A stretch of DNA of 64,000 bases from Moniliella sp. 'wahieum'. Lineage: Eukaryota. Positions 25,642-37,423 of this stretch are shown here, one piece after another. Under the pieces are notes generated by a model that was given only the letters and a program-made list of their open reading frames with translations, was not told the DNA's origin and did no database searches. The stretch spans positions 372,001 through 436,000 of the forward strand of contig RSEE01000057.1 in NCBI GenBank assembly GCA_003971905.1, read 5' to 3'. The position numbers were made by a program, and so were the translations under genes. Position 1 is the stretch's first letter, and each line of letters opens with the position of its first letter.

Positions 25642-27461
25642 TCTGTTCCGACTCCTTTTTCTTCTTCAATTGAACGTGACTCCCTAGCCTCTTCTGTAGC
25701 TCATGAGCAATGCATCAATACCTGCTCTCTTTTGCCTTTAACAACCCAGCGGGGGCGCAGGAGATGAGACGTACAGACTACCCAGTGATGGGACCCGGAG
25801 CGTTCGGAGAATCAGAAATGGAGGTGAGCCACACGTTGCGCGACACATGGGAACGCAAGAGGCGCAGAGCATGTACCGGAAGGTGGTGCATGAGAGCACC
25901 GCGACGCCTTTGGAACGCCTGGAGAAGGAGCTGCATCGGCTGCTGGAACAAGCGGAATGCACAACAACGTCAAGTACCACGGGCTCACCCAGAGCTGTTT
26001 TCCCCCCTGATTTTGACGACGCAAGAGGATACTATGGAACCAAGACAGCGGGGAAGATGCTTGGGCACTGGAAGGATTTGACTACTGACTCTCAATGGTG
26101 ATGGCTCACCTCTCGGATGTCTACTCCACGTTCATCCTTATCCACACGCGTTTCCTCGGGTATGGGAACGGATAGGGGGCACCAGTGTGTCCAGATCTCC
26201 TGTGGCGATCCTCCAGGTTCCTTAAGCGGGGTTGGCGCTACCATCATATGCAAGATGAGAATGGGTCGGTTTAGGCGTAGCGTTTCCCTACCCCAGCCTT
26301 AAGCTCTGTCAATGATATGGATGCCGAGTAGAAAAAAGGGGCGGAAAACAGGACGGAGGTAGACCACACACCTGGGGAGGCCTGGTGGGGCCTGACACCT
26401 GACATGTGACATGCATGACAGGAGGAGAATTCAGGGACATGTGCAGAGATAACAACGATTATTATGTCTTTTGACGTCTCTCTCCTAGTCTACACAGTAG
26501 TCTCCATATGGTTTTGTGCGCACACCACAAAACGAGAAGAGTTGCAACGTTTTGTTCATGTTGGTTAGTACTAGTACCTAGTTCTCATTGTTAGACTCTC
26601 CTGAGGCGGCCTGAGATTGAGAGGCTTCTGTTGGCCTGAGGCTTGAGGAGCCTGAGGCGTAACGCGCGTAACGCGTAAGGCCTGAGGGGCCTGACACCCC
26701 TGGTGGTCCTGATAAGGATGCCTCTGAGATACCGCGCGTACCTGGCAGAGGTCCTATCTACTAGCCTGTCCTAATAACTTGTGTGTGGGGGAGAAAGTTG
26801 AAACCCCCCCAGAAAGAGCCAGGGTATATGGCTTTCAATCCGGTGTATAGTGCGCTGATGGGGGCTGTTGATGCGCTGATATACGCGGTATAGTATTGGG
26901 GGTGTGGACTGATACACTGATGGGACTGATAGTTCGAGCAAGCGGGGCTACGCGCGGCTACGAGAGCCCCTCTTCCGCTCAGAGCTTCAGCCTTCAAGAG
27001 CTTCAAGCTTCAGCGCTTCAGCGCCCTCGGGCCGCCTCCTGTGGGCGGCCGCGTCGGGATCCACCTGGGCAGGGTTTACTATGTTTACTCATTAGCCGCA
27101 GAGAGTCTGCAAGTTTTGAACGCCCAACTATCGATACTGGCTCAGCGCCACATGTCTTGTAGATATCGAGCTCACTGGCCCCGCCCCAAGGAATGGTCAC
27201 CGGTCAGAGACCAGAAGTCAGCCCTGTAAGGCTATCATGATCGTGATCTCAGAGGTTCCCCGTGCCACCAACATGGATCACACTGGCCGATTGTCTGAAC
27301 GCACATAAGACATCCAAACACACTCATTGCAACTCCCGCTGGCCCTGATCGGACTGCTTTCCCCACTCGGGTTGGTCTCTCTCCTTCACCTCTTTTTTCC
27401 TGCTCCTCCATCACCTGCAACTCCACCGCGCCTTCGCCACTTCCCCCTCTTCCGTTTCATT

Positions 27462-30141
27462 ATGTCCGGGATGGGGTTCTTGGGTTTATTCCGTCGACGC
27501 GGCGAGTCTCCTTCACCCGAAACCATACCCGCCCCTCCACCCTTCGCCGACATCTCGTCGCAGGAAGGTGGCGAGATGGAGGGCAAGAAGGAGGACAAGA
27601 AAGCTGATGATGATCTGCTCGCTCCCGCGGATGAAAAATCTGTTGTGGAGAACCTCAACTACGAAGGCGAGTTGCCCATGTCAAAGGAGGCCTCTGTCGG
27701 TGTGGATTCAGATGCCGAAGGCGACTCGGGGCTTGATGCTCATCCTGAAGTGCGCTGCTGTGGTGCCTGAAACCGACGACCCCGATATGCCCATCAATAC
27801 TTTCCGAATGTGGTTCCTCTCCATCGTCTTCGTCTTGGTCGGGAGCGGAGTCAATCAACTGTTCAGCCTACGCTACCCAGGTATCCACCTTGTTTCCCTC
27901 GTCTCTGAACTCATTGCCTTTCCACTTGGTATCTTTCTCGCTCACGTCCTACCCATTTGCCGGATCAACCCTGACCGCAAATTTAATATCAAAGAGCATG
28001 GCCTGATCGTCATTGCCAGTAATGTCAGCTTTGGCCTTGGTACCAGCGCAGACAGCACCAATCTGATCCAGGCAGCTCGAATGTACGGCATCAAGTTTCC
28101 CGCTGGGGAATCAGTGTTGGCTGTGCTCTGCTGCCAGATGCTCGGGTACGGTATGGCTGGACTGGCCGTGCCCTTTTTGGTCAAGCCCTCGTACGTCGTT
28201 TGGCCTGCGAACCTGTCCAACATTGCTCTTCTATCCTCAATGCATGCCCGTATCCGTGAGCCTGCTCCCTTTGGTCTCCGCATGACTCGCCTCCGTTTCT
28301 TTTGGATCGTGTTTGGAATTGCCTGGGCTTGGTACTGGGTCCCTGGCCTCATGTTCACTGGACTCAGCTACTTTACATTTTTCTGCTGGATCTGGCCAAA
28401 ACACAAGGGTGCGTTTCTTTCTCTCTCTACATGTGTCTCCCATATCGCTGACCTATGTTATCGTTGTGGCTACAGCGGTCAACCTAGTATTCGGTGAGGT
28501 GACGGGCATGGGCTTTGTACCAGCAACCCTCGATGGAGTATGATTGCTTACAACAGTAACCCACTCCTCTCACCTCTTTCTGCATGCACCAACGTCTTCA
28601 TCGGGTTCGCGGTGATTTTCTGGATTGTGGCACCCATCTTGTATGTGAAAAACTACCGATTTACCTCCTATCTGCCTTTTTGCTCCGACCAAGTCTATGA
28701 TCGAACCGGCGCCATCTACGATGTAACTGCCGTCATGTCAAATGGGACACTGGACGTCGAAAAATACCGCCAATACTCTCAGCCTTACCTTCCCATCACC
28801 TTTTTGATTGTCTATGGCCTTTCATTTGCCAGTTTGACTTGTGTCTTGGTCCACGTTGCATTGTGGAATTACGGTGACTTGGTGCATGCTTTCAAGGGAA
28901 CTGGCCACAAGGACATCCATACCCGTCTTAATGAACGGTACCAACAAGTGCCTTGGTGGTGGTGGGCCAGCTGCATCACTGTCTTTGGTGTGCTCTCGAT
29001 CGGTACGCCTCATTCCTATACCTTTCCCCCGTTCTTACCATGAGTGCATATCTGACCACATTTTTCTTTTCCCGCTTGTCCTCATCGAGCACTTCCACAC
29101 CGATCTTCCTGTATATGGATTGTTCCTCGGTTGGATCATCCCCTGCGTCTTTTCATCCCCTGTGGGATAATCTTGGGTGTAACCAATGTGAACCCCAACC
29201 AACTAAATGTGGTATGTACCGACCTTGGTCTCTCTCTTACAACATTATTAGTCGTGCCCCCAACTGACACATCCTTCAAATTCCCATTTCCTTTTGTTCC
29301 AAAGCTGAGCGAGTTTTGGAGGTTACTTGTTCGAGGGCAAGCCGATTGCTAACATGCTTTTCAAGATGCTCTCCACCGACACTGTTGGCCAAGCCCAATA
29401 TTTCGCTCAAGACATGAAGCTGGGCCATTATCTTCACGTTGCACCGCGTTCGCTCTTTTGGATCCAGGGGTCAGCCACCATACTGGGTGCCCTCACTCAG
29501 GCTGGGGTCACCATTTGGATGCTGGGTCACGTCAAGGACATTTGCAACCCCGACCAAAGCAATGGTTTCGTCTGCCCGAACGGGCAGACAGTCATGAGCA
29601 GTTCTGTCGTCTGGGGCCTGGTTGGGACGCGGAGGACGTTCGGGGCGGGTCAGATGTACTCGCCAATGCTTCACTTCTTTTGGATCGGCGCCCTCACCCC
29701 CGCCATCACCTGGGTATTGTACAAAAAGACCGGGTGGAAGTTGCTACGGCTTATCAACTGGCCTCTGTTTTGGGTAGGGACCTACAATGTCCCGCCCGCC
29801 ACGGGTGTCAACTATTCGAGCTGGTTTATGGCCAACTTGATTTGCACCAAGTTTATCTTCAAAGGCTTCTTAGCTGGATGTATGCTTTTGCTGCCGCCCT
29901 CGATTCGGGCCTGGCCATCTCAGGTCCGTCATCTCCTTGTATGGATTTGCGCGCACAGTAGTACTAACATTCTCCCCCTAGGCATCGTGATCTTCTTCTG
30001 CGTCACCTATGGTCCTGGCGTCGATTCCCCTCCTGGTGGGGCAACACGGTGTGGCAGAACACGTACGACAACAACGGTACCGCGTGGATTGACATGCCTG
30101 CCTCAGGTTACTTTGGTGGTCCCGTGGGATCCTGGAGTTAG
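27462..30141 (+). CDS. OPT-family oligopeptide transporter; introns and frameshifts
   Basis: HPEV..VVPETDDPDMPINTFRMW, FNIKEH, VWPANL, YDRTGAIY, DIHTRL..Y..VPWWW, QDMKLGHYLHVAPR, CPNG..SSVVWG, VPPATGVNY. Confidence 0.93.
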
Positions 30142-30858
30142 GCAAAGCTCCACAGATGGAGATGCCTCATTTTCGTTCTGCTTGACTTCTTTTCTTCTCC
30201 AAAAAGATGCTTCAGAGTAAAATAGGAGCGCATTTCGTTGTGTGTGTTTATCGCCGCCTGGTTCTGTGTCTCGTCTTTCCACAGCCTGCCAAGCTGTGGC
30301 GTAATTTTCCCTTCCTCCCTCTTCCCTCTTCCTCTTTCCACCTCTACCTTCTGTTCGGTACGTTTTGTTATTCATCTCTCCCTTGCTCTCTGTATATGGG
30401 AGAGATGCATGATCGAGATCCTTGATGATTCCTTGAACGGATCTCTCATACTACCTCTTGCGATGAATTCGATGACTGGGTTCACGACGGCAGATATATA
30501 TACGCGTTGACTATCCAGGTGCAAGCAATTTTATGTGCTTAGTACTTAGTGCAGATCCGCTCTTTCCACTGCTGGCCGTTGATGACGTTGATGCAATGCA
30601 AATCTGACGCACTTTCGGCAGGAGCTGGGGATAGTACGCTTCGCCCTTGCTTCCACACCACAGATAGCTCTATTCGTTTATTTCGGGGACGCACCCCACA
30701 TTGTGGTCACGAGGCGTTTGAAATGTTGCATACCAGCCATTATTCGAACGGAGGCTGGCGCGATAGGAGTGCGATAGCCACGATCGCTCCCCTCCCCCTA
30801 ACCACCACCACCACATTTCCTCCCATCCGAACGCATGGGTCCCCTCTCCCTTCCAGCG

Positions 30859-32036
30859 ATGCTTGCTTCGCTCGCCTGCATCGCTGTGTGGGCTGCCGCG
30901 ATTGTCTACGCGCTGCCTCCGCCTTCGCAGATGGCGCATTCCGGCGCCCCTCCCTTGTGGATCCCCGTTGGCGCCACCGTCGCTCCAGGCACCGATTTCG
31001 ATGCCCAAGTTTCCCGCCACCCCGAAGAGATGACCCCCGAAGACGGCTGGCGCGCAACCCAGCGTCGCCTATGGAAGTGCCTGCCTGCAGCACTTACTCC
31101 CTCGAGGACCAACTTGCCTTTGCTGTCGCACAGCGTGTGAGGCCGAGGCCAGCGAAGTTCAAGCGAACCAACGGACTCAGCAGGCCGCTCAAGCTGCGGC
31201 GCTTCAGGCCGAGCAGGCTAAGCCTGGATCAAGCAAGCTGCTTCCCCCTCCGGCATTTTATGCCCCGGAGGAATCGTGGGACGAGACATTACCCCTGGGA
31301 GACCTGGAGCGGGCCGAGGAACGATTGCAGGCGGCTCTGGGTGCCGCCCAGCTCTATTCCCAACCTAACCCATTCCGCCTGCGCTACTCTACCCAGCATG
31401 ATGGCAGTGTGAGTGGGAGCCACCTGCATGCTGGGCCCATTTCCCCCAGTTCAGGCGCGGACGCGGACCATGTGGCTCTGTTGCTTTGACCGTCAGGGCT
31501 TCCAACACCCTCCCTCCTTTTTGGAGCAGCAGGACAAGGCCAAGACTCAACCCCCCAATTTGCAACCTCCTACATTTACCTTTGATCTTGCTCCTGCCCC
31601 GTCTCCTGTGGGAGAGGGGGGCGGACGCAAGTGGTCGTGGCGACAGTGCCCCACCCCTCCCTGGCGGCGCCCGCGCGACGCGGTTGAAATCAAGAGTATC
31701 AGCCTGAGTCCGGACCCGCCCGTGCCAGGGCAAAATGTGACGATCAGCGGGTGGGGCACTCTTCGGGCGCCGGTCAAGCAGGGAAGTGATGCCGAGGTAC
31801 TCATCCGCCTTGGCCTCGCTTGTGCATCGCGAAACGGTTGACTTGTGCAAACTGGCGGAACGGGAGGCGTTTGCGCTGCAGTGCCCTGTCGAGCCGGGCA
31901 CCTACCACCTGTCCCATACGTCATGGTGCCCAAGTCCGTCCCGCGTGCCCGCTACAATGCCCACATCACCGCCGAGAACCACTTGAGCGATGATTTGCTC
32001 TGTGTGGATGTGAGCGTCGACTTTAGTCCCTTCTGA
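30859..32036 (+). CDS. Secreted ML-domain (NPC2 / PG-PI transfer protein-like) lipid-binding protein with long N-terminal extension; frameshifted
   Basis: Signal peptide MLASLACIAVWAAAIVYALP. C-terminal WRQC...VEIKSISLSPDPPVPGQNVTI...DLC...QCPVEPG...VP..Y...LLCVDVSVDF. Confidence 0.8.
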
Positions 32037-32563
32037 GCCGTCCTGTTCCTTGCGTTCGTCATTCTCCCCATGGCTATTATTGCCATACAACCTTTTCTCC
32101 TTGAATCGAACATGGGGTTTGCACTCAATATATAGGGGAAGAACGAGAGAAATGTGTAAGGGCAAGCTGTGTGCCCTATTGCACATGTGATACCATGGAT
32201 CCCCCACATTCCTCAGATACTCTCTTCATTCCCATGACCGTCGAGGAGGCCAGCATAGTGCCTGTCTCTTCTTACCACAGGTTTTGCTGTTGGTAGTCTG
32301 CCGCGTCCGTTACCCTGCCGAGGGGCCTCTATATGGTGCATTGACTTGAGCGAACTTTTGTGCCCCTCCCAGGGGTCCAGTCAATCGTGGCGCCCCTGTA
32401 CCAATTTTAAGGGAGCTGATCAACGTGCTAGGTCCGCTAAAAGCGCCTAGCTGGCAGTTACTCTAGTACTACTGCATATTTCCTCTACGTAGAAGGCGGG
32501 GACCTACGAAACCGCAGGAAGCCAAGTCATGTGGAAGGCGATCTAGTGGAGAGCGCCCGTAAT

Positions 32564-35356
32564 TTACAGCTTCAGCTGCCCACCCTGGGCTGGTGGTGGT
32601 GCCTTGGCCCGCTCCAGCATACCACGCTTCCGGACCATCGTGTTCCGCTGTCCATCGGCTCCGACCAGGGACACCCCCGGTTGTGTAGCCAACGCCTGGA
32701 GCGCCGCCTGCTTCTCTGCGCGCGCACCTCCCGTCTTGGGTTTGATCGTGGGTGTCGGACCAGAAGGGCCATGGTTGCGAGCGCGCTTGAGCCGGAGGAG
32801 GCGAGTGTGCTCTTGTTTTTTCTTGCGATGTGAGCTCGTCGCGGGCTCCGGCGAAGGAGCGTGATACCCGAGCGCCCTGTGACCCCGGACCTGCTGTAAC
32901 CCCAGTCCGGGAAGACGGGTCGTACACCTCGCGTGGTGCCTGTTGGGTAGCCTGGCTGGACGTGGCGAGCATAGGCAACGCTTGTTCCGATGCCATTGCC
33001 GCCACCCCACCCGTGGGTGCAGCGGTAATTTGCCCAGCATGCACATCGGCCGGACGAGGGGTGTAGTGGGCATTGGACAGACGATCGAGTTGGTGGAACA
33101 CATTCTCCGCCAGCGTCGTCAGTTGGGCATGCTCGGCGGCCAGCTTGCTATCTGCCTCAGATGTTGGCGCCCCGCCCGTCTGCGCTTGCGTGTACTCTTG
33201 CTCGTACAGCTCGGCTAGGGACTGCTGGGACTTTTGGTCTGAGCGACGCAAGCTTGGAAGGCAGGAACTCCTTCTCGCTCAAAGCCAAGCGGCGCGGCAC
33301 ATCGTCAAATTCACCGGCAAGGATGCGGCGCTTGATTAATGCTTCCACCTCTTCGTTCTCCTCAGCCGTCGCCAAAGGAGCTGACTTGAGGGCATGGACA
33401 AAGTCCATATCCATGTCCAGCGCTGCATCCTTGGCCCGCGACGAGCCCGACGCTTCCCCTTCAACTCCCACTCCTTTGCCCCCACATTTTCTGCTTCCAA
33501 CGCAGCAATCTCGGCTTCCAGCGCCGCTTGTCGTTTTTCGTGCGTGGACAGCCCATCTGCAACATCGTTCTCCGCATCTTCCTCGGCAAACAAATCTGGG
33601 CCACGCGCCGCGCCGTGCCCTCCACAGAGCCCTCGTCCTCATCTGAAGAACTCTCCTCCTCTTCTTGGTGACCCGGCGCATCCAGACTCATCTCTTCTCC
33701 CCTCAAAATAGGAGGGCTGGTAGAAGTAGATGCCATCTGATTTTGTCTTGTCCGTCTCCATGTTCCTCCTCCTCATCGTCCTCCTCCTCCTCACCGTCTC
33801 CATCTTCGTCTTCGTCTTCGTCCTCCGCTTCGTCGTCCCCGTCCGAATAAATACCCATGCCATTTTCACCCAATGAAGCAAGTAAGGGAAGCCCTGGGGT
33901 TCGCGCATACCAGGGGCACGCTTGATCCGACGCACCTGAACTTGGTCTGAGAAGCGAATTCGGCCTCGGCCAGCACTAGTCGATGGGGTCCCATTGCAGG
34001 CGGAGGAATGTGGTTGCCCTGAGCCGCCGACGTGGACTTGCGCCAGTGGAGCGTCCGGTCGTAGTAGGGGTGCAAAGAATTGATCGTACATAAGATTGCC
34101 ATCCTCCTCTTCCCCCTCCACGTCTGAGACCCAGGTGGAAGGGTCAGCGAACATGTCCACGTCCGCTTCAGGTTCTTTCGCCTCGCGCAATTGTGTCCCG
34201 TTGGAAGGCAGCCAAGTTGAAAAATCCATCATCTAGGCTGACGAGGGTGCAGGCGTGGCAGGCTCAGCGTCTTGTGGTACATCCTCCATTTCCTCCGCCT
34301 CGTTATCCGAGTCAGAGCTCGAGTCCAATTCAGAAGCGACACCGAACATATCCTTTCTCGCAGTTGCTTCTCTTCGTCCTGGAGAGGCTCAAAAGTCACC
34401 CGGCTAGCTCCTCATCATCCGACAAGTCAGATGCGCCTGGGAAACCCTCGTCTCCTCCTCCTCAGGGCCATAGAACTCATCGTCAGACAAATCCTCAAGC
34501 TCAGCATCTTCGAATTCGCCTCTTCGTTATTGTGCGGTGCACCCGACGACTCAATCGTAACACCATGCTTGCACAATTCGGCGCGCACCTTCAAGATTTC
34601 GTGCGGGGAAAACCCGATCGCCTTAAGTTCTGCATCGGTCATGGCCGCCAGCCGAGCCAAATCTTCGTCCGTTGGTTGCTCCTCGCTGCTGTCGTACTCT
34701 TCTTCATCCTCGTATTCAGCTTCGGCAGTGGCCATCGCGCATCGGCTTCGTCCCCCTCCTCTTCCTTTTGTTCCGCTGGACTGCCTGTTCACAAACCCCA
34801 TCCAGGCCGGCATGGCGGAGCTCGAGCTGGGCCCACAGTTGTGCTGCCTCCACAGTCTCGGCGGTCGCGCCAGCCTCAGCAGGAGGAGGTGGAGGGACAT
34901 AAAGTAGTTAGGGGCGTTGGCGGAGGCAAGAGATCAGGGATCGCTTCGGACTCGGACCCGGACCCGGACTCGGACTCGGACTCAGGATGGAGGGGCCGCT
35001 TTCGCTTGTTGGTAGTGCGGATTGTGGAGGGGTGGAGCGTCCTGCTGCGGCAAGAGGTAGGCATGGATGGCAGGACGAGCCTCCGACTCGGTGCGACACC
35101 GGCATCAAAGGGCTTTGACCGCATCACGGGTTTGGACATGGAGCCAGTGCTGGTGCTCAGCCCATGCGCTGATGGGCTAGGGTGGTGGGAGTAGCGGGCT
35201 CTGCCACTGAGGATGGCACGGAGGCACTGCTAGAGGAAGGAGCAAAGGGCAGACCGGCCAGGGCGGTGGGCAGGCTGGCGAGGAGCTGCGGATGGGCGGC
35301 GACGCGGTCGCCCAGCTCGACGAGCCAGGCGGGGGAATGGGATCGGCGGGGGGCAT
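32564..35356 (-). CDS. MPP10: U3 snoRNP / SSU processome protein Mpp10; frameshifted
   Basis: LSTHEKRQAALEAEIAALEAENVGAKEWELKGEA..RAKDAAL, EALIKRRILAGEFDDVPRR, KSQQSLAELYEQEY, LDRLSNAHYTP, acidic tracts, C-terminal QLKL*. Confidence 0.92.
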
Positions 35357-35928
35357 GCGATGCTGGGGCAGTAAGGTGGAGGTGCGCAGGTGGTCCTCAC
35401 TGCTCGTTCACACCGTCGCGGCCGTTCGTGGCGATGATGATGATGATGGCGGGGGCAGAACAAAAAAATGGGCAAAAAATTAGCGCCCCCTCGCGCCACA
35501 CGACTGCGCCTCACTGCCCCCGAGCCTGGGTGGCGGAAGTCCCATTCCGCCTCGAGGGCGCCTAGACACTGGCCCCCTGGCGGTGGCCCTCCTGTGGGTG
35601 GGGGCACAGCATTCAGGATTCAGAGGGCAATGCGAAACACGCTAGGGCAGGGCGCCGTTGCCGCCGGGGTGGAAGGGGAGAGGTGATGGTGGAGGGCGTG
35701 GTGGAGGTGGTGGAGGTGGTGGTGGTAGCGGGACGGCTGAGGACAGGGAGAGGCGGCTGCAGCACATACCAGCTGTGCCCCCACATGGCCTGCCCTGCGC
35801 CCCAAGCCCTCCCAAGCCTCCGAGCAACCGCCTGGATGCCGATCATCGATCATCGACATTGGCTCGAGCTCAGCACCATCGACCACCGATGATCATCGAC
35901 CATCGGGCCACAATTGCATACGTACGAA

Positions 35929-36900
35929 ATGCTGCAAGCGGCACATTGAAATGTTCATGGCGGTGGCAGTGTTGAAGCTTGCAGGGAGGCGCAGTCCCTG
36001 AACTAGTCGAGTCGCTAGCTAGTCGCTGCTGCCAGAGGTCGGCGGTCCGCAGACGGCGGGGCCCATACCGGCCCAGACCGTCTGTCTACCCGGGGCGCAC
36101 ACGCACCGACTTGGAGCGGTTTCGTTTCCTGCAATTCTCCATCTTGCGACGGTACTGCGGTTTCCGTTGGCTCCACGCCGTCTTCATCCACAACCGCCCA
36201 ATTGTCTATCTCGCGTCCGTCCTGGAGAAGGTCATGGTGGGCCGTCTCAACCCGATGCTGGTCGAGTGCAAGCGGATGGGGCTTGGAACTGTGCATTCAA
36301 GACTGCCAGTCACTCCGAGCACCCTCTTCAAGCCAGTTCAAATTCTGAGCAAGCAACGCCTGCTCCGGGCTAAGGCTGAGCAGGACATGGCCGAGCAGTT
36401 TGCTGCCCTCCTGTCAGCTTGTTATCAAGGGCGGCCTGCGCCTGCCTCGCAGGTGTGGGGGAAGCGAAAGCTCTGGCAGCACAATGCGGGGAGGAGCAAA
36501 CCGAAGTGGACGTCCATGACCTGGACTCAATCGTGTACGAGTACAAGAGGACGGTGGGCAGTGTGTGCAAGGCGTGCCAAACGCGCCAGGATGTTTGGCG
36601 CGGGGCTGCCGATGAGCTGAGCAAGGCGCTGGCCAAACACGGTCGGATACGGGACCAAGGACACATAGGGTCCATAAGGACTTGGTCGAGCGCGAGGCTG
36701 AGGTTATGCAGGGCCGCCATAACCGTTTTGATGTCATATCTCCAGCCTTTGCCAGCGGGAGATGTGGCCAACTTTGACCACGAATACACCAAGGATATCC
36801 ACTCTGCTTGGGACCTTTGGATTCTGGGCCTGATTCGCTCCAACAGGGAATGGCCCGCGAGTGGAAAGGGTATATGCTGCGCTTGTCGCTCGACAGATCA
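35929..36900 (+). CDS. Hypothetical protein, divergent from MPP10; frameshifted, no family recognised
   Basis: Overlapping ORFs 35979-36620 and 36419-37012 have globular-looking composition (RFLQFSILRRYCGFRWLHAVF; DLDSIVYEYKRTVGSVCKAC). Confidence 0.35.
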
Positions 36901-37423
36901 AGTACCTTCACGACCTCTGCCCCAGGGCGCGGATATTTGCCACTACGATCCCTGTGGCTGTGCTCCACCTCCATCCAGTGGGCGGCCGCTGTCGCTCCTA
37001 GTACCAAGGTAACGAGAGATGCGCTTTTGTCTGTTGCGACAGACCGCGTCGAACCACCCATATTATGTCCTTCATCTGTGCTGATGAAGCTGATGGTGCA
37101 TGGTGACAGGCACGGCGATGTACCAATCGCTAGTGATGGATGGATGGCTCTCTGAGTAGATGCAATGCATTAAAGTATGAGTGTTAATTAGTAGTAGCCC
37201 TCAATGGAACAAGGATCTATGAATAGCGCATTGAGAGATGTATGGACACCATCATTTCCCTGAGCGCACCACACCCAAGCGAAACTATCGAAACCGGTAA
37301 GAGAACAAGAGGCAAAGAGACATGACCAAGAGACCGGGAGCAAATGGCCTGAGACGGGGGCGGATTCAAGCCTCGGGCGCCCCCTCGACCTCGACATGAC
37401 TTCCGTATCGGCCCTCACCGCTT

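Noticed and set aside
25710..26302. Short ORFs downstream of the permease (TPLERLEKELHRLLEQ...)
   Set aside because: Under 130 aa with no family motif; could be a remnant but cannot be supported.
34947..34985. Hexamer repeats (GACTCG/GACCCG), and similar (CAGTCG)n at about 19100
   Set aside because: These encode ordinary low-complexity Ser/Glu and Ser/Gln tracts in Mpp10 and the nucleoporin.
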